Origin: a virus
Lineage: Duplodnaviria > Caudoviricetes
IMG/VR virus record: IMGVR_UViG_3300048849_000170
Location: 1-27,155 of that record
DNA: 27,155 nt
Strand: one strand, 5' to 3'
Each line of letters opens with the position of its first letter. Within the stretch, counting starts at the first letter, position 1. Below are positions 1-6,288 of this stretch, piece after piece. Under the pieces are notes generated by a model, which had not been told where the DNA came from, ran no database searches, and worked only from the letters and a program-made list of their open reading frames with translations. The position numbers and the translations under genes were made by a program.

Positions 1-291
1 ATGCCCCTCTACCGATTTGTGGTGGACGACGGCTCAAGCCCTCCGTCCGCTGATCTATTCGAGTTCGCCGGCTTCCAGGAAGCGAAGTCGACCGCTGTGA
101 ACTTCGCCACCGAACTGCTCCGAGAGAAGAGCGTGGAACCTTACGCGGCATGCGACTGTCGGTTGGAGGTGGCTGAGGAGCGAGGTCCGGTTCTGTTTAC
201 CGTGGAGATGCACATGCTGGTGGGCGATCCGCCGTGGAAGGCGCAGGGGGTGGCTCGGCGGCATGCAGGGGGTGCGCCCCGCCGAGCCTAG
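1..291 (+). CDS. Small hypothetical protein, DUF6894-like
   Basis: The pattern MPLYRF..DDG...FQEAKSTAVNFATELL...RLEVAEERGPVLFTV resembles the common alphaproteobacterial DUF6894 family. The start lies at the window edge. Confidence 0.6.
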   Translation: MPLYRFVVDDGSSPPSADLFEFAGFQEAKSTAVNFATELLREKSVEPYAACDCRLEVAEERGPVLFTVEMHMLVGDPPWKAQGVARRHAGGAPRRA

Positions 292-405
292 CCATGAGCG
301 TGTATGGGGCGCTGATGGCTGAGCTTTGCGTACAGCGCCCGCAGCCGTGCTCCATCAGTAGAAGCACTTAGTCGACCGCGAGCGGTCTAGTCGGGAAAGG
401 GGGCG

Positions 406-588
406 TTAGAGCCGCTCCCCCTCGACCGGCTCGCGCCGTAGACGAGCGGCGTGGCTGGCGATCTCTGACTTTCGGATCCGTCCCTGCTTCCGGTGCGGGG
501 CAGTGTGACGAACACGGAGCCCGATCAGGATAACCGCGGCTATCAGCAGGGCGACTAGGGCGTAGGCGATGAAAGTGCGCGTTTCCAT
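406..588 (-). CDS. Small single-pass membrane protein (60 aa)
   Basis: Hydrophobic N-terminal helix FIAYALVALLIAAVILIGL followed by a basic tail. SD-like GAGAGG upstream of the ATG. Confidence 0.55.
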   Translation of the reverse strand: METRTFIAYALVALLIAAVILIGLRVRHTAPHRKQGRIRKSEIASHAARLRREPVEGERL

Positions 589-673
589 GGTGGGAGACCT
601 CTCTTCCGCGCCTGAACGCTCGGCGTTCCAGCAATCTCCCCGGCCCCCAACCGCGCCCCCCTACATCCCCCGC

Positions 674-846
674 GTGTCCAATCCCCGCCCGAACCGTACC
701 AGTGCGACGGCACCGCGCACGAATGGGAAGCCGTGCCGGCGAAGGACGGCGAGGAGCAAGCCGCGGTCGCGAAGTGCTGCGGGGTGCGCGCGGTTAAGAA
801 GTGGGGCGAGTGGGTGCTGGAGAGCGAGCTGCCGGGGAAGGGTTGA
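674..846 (+). pseudogene. Possible frameshifted small gene (~57 aa, Cys/Trp-containing)
   Basis: Frame 676-846 reads QSPPEPYQCDGTAHEWEAVPAKDGEEQAAVAKCCGVRAVKKWGEWVLESELPGKG* with GC3-rich codons but lacks an in-frame start at its 5' end. A GTG at 674 would join this frame if the C-run at 683-686 had one more C. Confidence 0.3.
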
Positions 847-847
847 G

Positions 848-917
848 ACGGCTCGGCGGGCTGCTGCCGATTCCCCGCCGAGCCGTGCCATCATCGTGGT
901 TGCAAGACGATGGTGGC
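848..917 (+). other. Tandem stem-loops
   Basis: Perfect 13-bp stem (848-860 with 874-886) immediately followed by an 11-bp stem (887-897 with 907-917) containing one G-U pair on the + strand. Confidence 0.7.
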
Positions 918-939
918 TGTCTCTGGCCTACAGGGTCTC

Positions 940-1121
940 GGCGCCGGTCCTATCGGTAGATGCCCTTAGGCGCCGCTTAACCTCACCGAAGAGGCTTGAG
1001 CTGTCAGAACAGCTTGAAATCTCAGCCTGAAGCGGCCATATAAAGCTTAATCCGGTGCTTTAGCGGCCGGTAGCAGATGGTACATAATCCATCGAACGGG
1101 GCGTGACGCCCCGTTTTTGTT
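940..1121 (-). ncRNA. Putative structured RNA directly 3' of the DUF3800 gene
   Basis: Consecutive stems 1095-1103/1107-1115, 1076-1080/1089-1093, 1041-1046/1057-1062 and 972-978/1030-1036, the last enclosing 981-984/991-994 and 999-1004/1009-1014. Rfam has DUF3800-associated RNA motif families. Strand and extent are inferred. Confidence 0.45.
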
Positions 1122-1122
1122 T
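1095..1122 (+). terminator. Hairpin that can act as an intrinsic terminator on the + strand
   Basis: AACGGGGCG-TGA-CGCCCCGTT followed by TTTGTTT. It may instead, or also, be the first stem of the minus-strand RNA. Confidence 0.5.
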
Positions 1123-1907
1123 CAGAGGTACTTCATCCCCCATCCCCATGGTTCGCCGTGGGGTGAGCGATTGTATTTTTCCTCGTAGAGCAGTTTCCCC
1201 AGCCGAACCGAGAATGGTTTACGCTGCCAAGTTTTGTCGCGCTGGTACATGACGCGATCCATACTCGGCTTCGCGTAGGCGTCCGCAATTTGCAGGCCCG
1301 GAGTATTATGGTGCTTCTCTCGAAACTTTATAGTTGAGGTAGTTAACCGTTCCGATATTTTGTCAGAACGAAGGTAGCGGGTTCCCTTGCTGTACACTTC
1401 AGTGAAGGCTTCTTGTAACGCTTTGTTCTTTCTGGACTTGCGGCTCTCCGCGAAAACGTCGCCCCTTGCTCCCTTACGCTCAAGGCATAACATGTATTTT
1501 TCGATGAGCACTTCGGAACAGTAGTGGTATGGCTCCTTGTTTTTCCAATGAGAACGCCGAAGCATTGCCTCCTTGTCTATAACTACCGTGATAACTGTAT
1601 GGTCTATGTGGGCGAGCATGTTCGTTAGGTCCGCCACGAAATCTTCCATCCGCTCTGGATTAGCTAATGGTTGAAAGCTGCCTTTGGCGGCGAGAAAGTC
1701 ACTGCGGTGCAACACCAACGGGCTGCCATCGGGATCATGTTGAGGAAAGTGCGCTCGCTTCAGCGCGTCTATAGCTGGAGCTACAACCTCCCTCACGTGA
1801 GCAAGGCTCATCATCACTCCCGTAAGCGCGAGGTAACGATGCTGTGGTAGGTGACAATTGACGACATCATCGGTGCCGCACTCATCGATGTAGAGGCGAT
1901 AAAGCAT
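1122..1907 (-). CDS. DUF3800 domain-containing protein (predicted RNase H-like fold)
   Basis: N-terminal LYIDECG (DESG-type) motif, central FAESR, C-terminal GLQIADAYA (QLAD-type) motif. Visibly AT-richer than the flanks. ATG at 1907 preferred over TTG at 1925. Confidence 0.85.
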   Translation of the reverse strand: MLYRLYIDECGTDDVVNCHLPQHRYLALTGVMMSLAHVREVVAPAIDALKRAHFPQHDPDGSPLVLHRSDFLAAKGSFQPLANPERMEDFVADLTNMLAHIDHTVITVVIDKEAMLRRSHWKNKEPYHYCSEVLIEKYMLCLERKGARGDVFAESRKSRKNKALQEAFTEVYSKGTRYLRSDKISERLTTSTIKFREKHHNTPGLQIADAYAKPSMDRVMYQRDKTWQRKPFSVRLGKLLYEEKYNRSPHGEPWGWGMKYL

Positions 1908-1912
1908 AACCG

Positions 1913-1942
1913 ACCGTATGCTCAAACCTGTTGTGCTATCAA
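1913..1942 (-). promoter_or_regulatory. Candidate sigma70-type promoter for DUF3800 (possibly leaderless mRNA)
   Basis: TTGATA (1942-1937), 18-nt spacer, TACGGT (1918-1913), 5 nt, then ATG at 1907. No SD sequence before this ATG. Confidence 0.35.
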
Positions 1943-2163
1943 CCTCTCAACTCATGCCCTGGAGATTGGGGCTAGAAGCACCAGTGATCGGCATGAGCTG
2001 TGCCGAGAAAGTTGGAATTGAACGGCGAAAGAGCCGGCCGATTAATCATCACGTCGCTTTCCGGACCAGGCGCCGTGAATCGTCTTCCGCGCAGGCAGGG
2101 AGGAAGCACCACTCGGCCACACCCCTATTTCCTACACGCCCCGCCCATGCTTCAGGCTCGTAG

Positions 2164-2409
2164 ATGGGCTGCGGCAAACCAACACAATTCCCGACATGGA
2201 CACGCACGCTGGGCGCGATGATAGATCGCGGGTGCGAGGTGCGGGCGGTCTGCGAGGGGAAGTGCGGCTTCGTGCAGATCGACCTCGCCGAACTCGCAGC
2301 CCGCGTCGGCCGGGATTACTCGCTGATCGGCCGCCGGTGCCGGGAGGTTGATACGTTGCGGTGGTGGGGGTGGGTTACCGCGCCACCGGGCAGTCAAACC
2401 CCAGCTTGA
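2164..2409 (+). pseudogene. Probably truncated small Cys-motif protein
   Basis: TLGAMIDRGCEVRAVCEGKCGFVQIDLAELAARVGRDYSLIGRRCR is protein-like with a CxxxC motif. After RRCR (~2343) the sequence degenerates and overlaps the o-spanin stop convergently. Confidence 0.4.
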
Positions 2410-2695
2410 CGCCCCGAGACGCCAGCGAGCGGCAGACGCGGCCGCCGGCGCGGGACATCCGCTCGCCCCATAGTTCCACGTCGGCCGAATACCGAGCCGC
2501 AGCATGGTCGTCGGTTAGGATAGCAACCGGCGGCTTCGGCTTCGGCTCGATCAGCGCCTGAACGTCAGGGGCAGAGACGCTTATACTCTGCACCGGCGGT
2601 AGCTCCGGCCGACCGCAGGCGGATGCAGCCGAGAGCAACGGTAGCAGGACCAGGAGCCTTGCCCGGCTCGCGCGTGGCAGCTTTGTCGATCGCAT
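2375..2695 (-). CDS. Outer-membrane spanin (Rz1-like lipoprotein)
   Basis: Basic N-terminus, hydrophobic stretch, lipobox-like ASA-C, Pro-rich mature part. Overlaps the 3' end of the i-spanin gene in another frame. Confidence 0.75.
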   Translation of the reverse strand: MRSTKLPRASRARLLVLLPLLSAASACGRPELPPVQSISVSAPDVQALIEPKPKPPVAILTDDHAAARYSADVELWGERMSRAGGRVCRSLASRGVKLGFDCPVAR

Positions 2696-3038
2696 CGGTC
2701 ATGTCCTTGCTGAGGTCGTCAATCGCGCGGTCGTCGGCGGCGCGCTCCATCGCGGCTGCCCGCTCGGCTTGCAGCTGGAGTTCGGCGCTCGCCCGCAGGT
2801 CGCGCTCGGCGGCGAACGACGCTTCGGCTTCGTCTGCCCGGGCGCGTTCAGCCTGCCAACCGTGGAGCAACAGGCCGATGGCGACGGCAACCACGATGCC
2901 CGCGGTGCCGAGCGCGCGCGTCGAGGTGGGCAGGGCCGGGAGCATCCATAGCCCCGCGACCAGCAGCGCGCAGGCGGCGAGGGCGATCCACAGCCACCAG
3001 TCGACCGCGGCAAGCGGGCCGATGAGCCAGGCGATCAT
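2565..3038 (-). CDS. Inner-membrane spanin (Rz-like)
   Basis: N-terminal TM segments followed by an Ala/Glu/Arg coiled coil and C-terminal Cys residues. Lies after the endolysin and holin. Confidence 0.75.
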   Translation of the reverse strand: MIAWLIGPLAAVDWWLWIALAACALLVAGLWMLPALPTSTRALGTAGIVVAVAIGLLLHGWQAERARADEAEASFAAERDLRASAELQLQAERAAAMERAADDRAIDDLSKDMTDAIDKAATREPGKAPGPATVALGCIRLRSAGATAGAEYKRLCP

Positions 3039-3307
3039 GGCCGGGCTTCCTCTTCAACGGTGTGGACCGGATCGTTCGGCTGCCCGGTCGGCGTGACCGG
3101 CTCCTTCGACTTGCCGCCAGAACTCGAGCCCAGCCAGAAACCGAACGCCATCACGGCGAAGCTCTTCCAGGTGCCGATCACGTCGCCGGTCATGGTCGGA
3201 TCGCGCAACCACATGACGGCGTAGACGCTGAAGACGGCGTAGCCTGCGACTGCCGCGACACAGGCGCCGATGATGATGCGCAGGTGCGGGATCTGGGAGG
3301 GGTTCAC
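3035..3307 (-). CDS. Putative holin
   Basis: 90 aa, two TM helices, FGFWLGSS motif typical of small phage holins. Coupled to the endolysin stop. Confidence 0.65.
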   Translation of the reverse strand: MNPSQIPHLRIIIGACVAAVAGYAVFSVYAVMWLRDPTMTGDVIGTWKSFAVMAFGFWLGSSSGGKSKEPVTPTGQPNDPVHTVEEEARP

Positions 3308-3888
3308 AGGATCAACTCCTTCGCCTTCGCCAGCAGCGCGCGACGCTCAGCAAGCCCGTTCGTGCCGCCGTTGATCCGCTTGGTGATCGCCACGACGTCA
3401 TCCGCATCCGCCAGCGCGTTGAGCTTCTGCTGATCCCAGTATTTGCAGGCGACCAGCAGCCCCACCGAGGGAATGGCGACCATCGCCGGGTTGCCCTCGA
3501 AATCGAGCCCGAGCGCGCGGCCATAGGCGCGGTAGTTGGCGCGTCCGGTCAGCTGGATCGGCCCGCGCCCCTTGAACAGCCTGCCATCGCCCGGCTGCGT
3601 GTTCCCGAGGTCGGCGCGCCCCTCGTAGGCCTGCCCGCTGGCGATCTCTTCCATGTACCGGAAGCCGCCACTTTCGTGCGCGAGCTGGGCCATGAAGTGC
3701 GCCAGGCGTAGGCCGGTGTCGGCGATGCCATAGGTGCGGAAGTGGACGTTCGCGGACAGCGCAAGCTCGGAGGCCCGCGAGGGAGCGGCACCGAACCGGG
3801 CGAACAGCGCGCGGAACGTGTCTCGCCCGATGATGCCGTCTGCGGCGATGCCGAGACGCTGCTGCAGTTGCTTGGCGTTGATCGTCAT
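3304..3888 (-). CDS. Endolysin, glycoside hydrolase family 19
   Basis: Motifs LAHFMAQLAHESGG, FKGRGPIQLTGRANY and ITKRINGGTNGL. Short N-terminal ADGIIG peptidoglycan-binding-like motif. ATG at 3888 overlaps the upstream TGA, with a GGAGG SD. Confidence 0.92.
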   Translation of the reverse strand: MTINAKQLQQRLGIAADGIIGRDTFRALFARFGAAPSRASELALSANVHFRTYGIADTGLRLAHFMAQLAHESGGFRYMEEIASGQAYEGRADLGNTQPGDGRLFKGRGPIQLTGRANYRAYGRALGLDFEGNPAMVAIPSVGLLVACKYWDQQKLNALADADDVVAITKRINGGTNGLAERRALLAKAKELIL

Positions 3889-4328
3889 GGCTTCCCTCCC
3901 GAAGTGGTTTCGATGCTCAGCCCGGTCGGCGTCTCCACCCGGACCGGCGGCGCCGGCGTGATCCCGATCGACCGGCCGACGAGCCACAGGGCTGCAATCG
4001 CGCTGAAGATGAGTGGCCCCCACACGCGCAGGACCCCCAGCATCCCGAGCGCTCCGTCGCGGCGGTCCTTGTCCTTCAGAAGCACGTCGACACGGGCGTC
4101 CAGAACGCCAACAGTCGACTCGATCTGGTCGAGGCGCTTGTCGCGTTCCTCAAGCCGGATCACCCGCTCCCGAACGTCGGCCGTCGCCTCGTTGTTGGAA
4201 CGGATATCCCTGCTCATCGCCGTCAGGCTGTCGCGGATCTGGGCAAGCACCTGCAGCGTCATTCCTTCAGTGGATCCGGCGATGCGGGGGCTGAGGGCAT
4301 CCTCCAAGCCTATGCCGCGGTCAGGCAT
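3885..4328 (-). CDS. Coiled-coil membrane protein of the lysis cassette (holin/antiholin-like)
   Basis: N-terminal coiled coil plus a C-terminal TM segment (WGPLIFSAIAALWLVG). GAGG SD. Immediately upstream of the endolysin. Confidence 0.55.
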   Translation of the reverse strand: MPDRGIGLEDALSPRIAGSTEGMTLQVLAQIRDSLTAMSRDIRSNNEATADVRERVIRLEERDKRLDQIESTVGVLDARVDVLLKDKDRRDGALGMLGVLRVWGPLIFSAIAALWLVGRSIGITPAPPVRVETPTGLSIETTSGGKP

Positions 4329-4394
4329 GGTGTGCCCTCGGATGGTGCATGCTCATTCTCCTGCGGGGATGGGGTGGAGCTTCCCCTCGCCACG

Positions 4395-6287
4395 TCACGC
4401 CAGCGATCCCTTGGCCACCAGCACCCATGTGTAAGGCGCAGTGTTGGTCGCAGCGACGATGCACCACTGGTTCGCATAGAGATCGGCGATCGTGGCCGCG
4501 CCCGAGTTGCGAACGCGTAAGTACCAGGGGCCGCCTGCGTCGCCGCCAGTCCTGCTCAAGTAGAACATGGCGCCGGGAATACAGCCGGTTGGCGAGATAG
4601 CGGCTTCTCTGTTCGCGGTGAGCGTCCCGGTATACCGGCGCATGCTGGCGCTGTTGATGTATTGAAAAACGTCGCTTGCGTCGCCGGCAACGTCCTGCAC
4701 GCCGCCCGGGGTGAGGCGTCGCCATTTCCCCTGAAACGCCTCGACAAGAGTTCCTTGACCACCGGTCGCGCCGAACGCCAGCGTCCCGTCCGAAGCCACC
4801 TTCGCGGCCATTTCGGCAATCGAGAGCCGGTTGCTGACGGGTTGCTCGCGCAGCGCTTCGACCGCACTGCGCAGCGCGCGCACCTCACCCCCGAGTTCCG
4901 CCAGGTTCGCTTCGTGCAGAACGCTGCGCGCCTCCCCGGCGACAGCCCTCTCCATGAGGATGTTCAGCGCATTGTCCAGTGTCGCCGCGGCGTCGTGGTC
5001 TGCGCATTGCGCGATAGAACCGCGCCCGACCCCCGTGCGGACAACATAGGCGTCGAGCCCGGCGAGTGTCTCGTTGCCCAGGTAATCGATCGGCGTGTCC
5101 GGCGGGCCGAATACCCGCGAGCGCGTCCACTTCAGCCGGCTATCTGCGGGGAAGTGGGTGTAGATCAACTGCGACGGATTGATGTGGATGTTGTTGTCGA
5201 TGGTGAAGTCCAGCGACGGCGCTTCCAGCGAGAACGTCAGCAGCGACGCCTGCGCGACATAATTAGGGCGGGTTGCCTCCTGCCAGCCACGCCCGCTGTC
5301 GATGTCGATATTCCGCTCATAGCTGCACCGGCGATAGCCAGCCCCGGCAGGCGGGGAGCCTTGCCCATCAGCACTGCCAAAGCGGTTCCAAAGCTCAAGA
5401 GCCTGCGCACAGCGGATGCTGATATTGTCCGTGAAGTGTACGTCTTCCCAACCGGCGGTCGCAGCCTGCAAGTCGGGGCCCTGCAGCGTCATCGCCACGT
5501 CGTAGATGTCGCGAAAGATGTTGCGCCGGACGTTGCAGCGCTTCGTCGGCACGCCGCCCGCCTCGGTATAGAACTGGATGCCGTTGCCGTACCGCGTTTC
5601 GCCGAACTCGTTGGCAAGCCGGCAGCCGCCGATCTCGCTGACCTCATTCCCCTCGAAATCGAAGTCGCGCGCTGCGCCACCGTGGACGTGGGCGCCCGTT
5701 CCTTGGAAATGGATCTGCGAGATTGCGAGGGCCGTTCGCGGAACAATCAGCGAGAGACGGGGGGCTTGCAGGATCTCCTGCGCCCGACTGCCGGGGTTGG
5801 CCTCCGAATATACGTACAGCGTCTCGCCCGGGCCCTCGTCCGAATAGAACTCCCAATCGGCTCCCAGCGCCTCGACCGAGTAGCGCTTGAAGCCCTTGAT
5901 TGCCCCGTCCACGCGCAAGAAGCCGGTGTTCGCACCATTGGCGCCTAGCGTGTAGATATTGCCCGTGAACTTGGCCGGATCGTTGATGGCGACCTTCCAG
6001 ATGTTCGGTGCGTGTGGAACCCAGGCATCGGGAAGGATGCTTTTATAGCCGGAGATGATCGGCTTCGGCCCGTATCCGTATGCAGAAACGTGGACCTTCG
6101 CCGACCTCTCAGGCCGAGCACCCGGAATATCGAGCGGACCGTGGAACACGCCCCCTCGCTCAAACAAAATGCGGTCGCCGGGGTACAGTGTCGCCGCCTG
6201 CACTCTCTGAAGCGATTTCCAAGCCAGCTCCGGCTTATTGCCAGACGCATTATCGCTGCCGTTCGGGCTCACATAATAATCGGTCAT
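4395..6287 (-). CDS. Right-handed beta-helix tailspike / putative polysaccharide depolymerase
   Basis: Begins YYVSPNGSD...G...AWKSL...LYPGDRILFERGGVF, typical of pectin-lyase-like folds. Repeating beta-helix rungs (GNEVSEIG, GNGIQF, RNIFRDIYD), then a coiled coil and a C-terminal domain. ATG at 6287. Confidence 0.75.
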   Translation of the reverse strand: MTDYYVSPNGSDNASGNKPELAWKSLQRVQAATLYPGDRILFERGGVFHGPLDIPGARPERSAKVHVSAYGYGPKPIISGYKSILPDAWVPHAPNIWKVAINDPAKFTGNIYTLGANGANTGFLRVDGAIKGFKRYSVEALGADWEFYSDEGPGETLYVYSEANPGSRAQEILQAPRLSLIVPRTALAISQIHFQGTGAHVHGGAARDFDFEGNEVSEIGGCRLANEFGETRYGNGIQFYTEAGGVPTKRCNVRRNIFRDIYDVAMTLQGPDLQAATAGWEDVHFTDNISIRCAQALELWNRFGSADGQGSPPAGAGYRRCSYERNIDIDSGRGWQEATRPNYVAQASLLTFSLEAPSLDFTIDNNIHINPSQLIYTHFPADSRLKWTRSRVFGPPDTPIDYLGNETLAGLDAYVVRTGVGRGSIAQCADHDAAATLDNALNILMERAVAGEARSVLHEANLAELGGEVRALRSAVEALREQPVSNRLSIAEMAAKVASDGTLAFGATGGQGTLVEAFQGKWRRLTPGGVQDVAGDASDVFQYINSASMRRYTGTLTANREAAISPTGCIPGAMFYLSRTGGDAGGPWYLRVRNSGAATIADLYANQWCIVAATNTAPYTWVLVAKGSLA

Positions 6288-6288
6288 A

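Noticed and set aside
307-340. GGGCGCTG/CAGCGCCC inverted repeat between convergent genes
   Set aside because: 8-bp stem with an 18-nt loop and no U-tract. Plausible by chance in GC-rich DNA.
569-1030. 153-aa + strand ORF
   Set aside because: Arg/Ser/Pro-rich with no motifs. It overlaps another ORF and runs through the hairpin region.
840-1121. CRISPR array or tRNA gene
   Set aside because: No regularly spaced direct repeats. A GTTCGA occurs on the minus strand, but no cloverleaf can be drawn.
2000-2221. 73-aa ORF with ELNGERAGRL, faintly like the start of HNH/AP2 proteins
   Set aside because: The resemblance is limited to a few residues and there are no downstream Cys/His motifs.
1-2400. 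Prophage attachment site or LexA box
   Set aside because: No integrase, tRNA or second repeat copy is visible, and I found no GTTC-N7-GTTC match by eye in the intergenic DNA upstream of DUF3800.
3889-4023. Extended N-termini in the ORF track (endolysin 4023, beta-helix 6428, NlpC 12208, tail tube 18736, terminator 19515)
   Set aside because: They overlap upstream genes. Downstream starts with stop-start coupling or SD sequences fit better.
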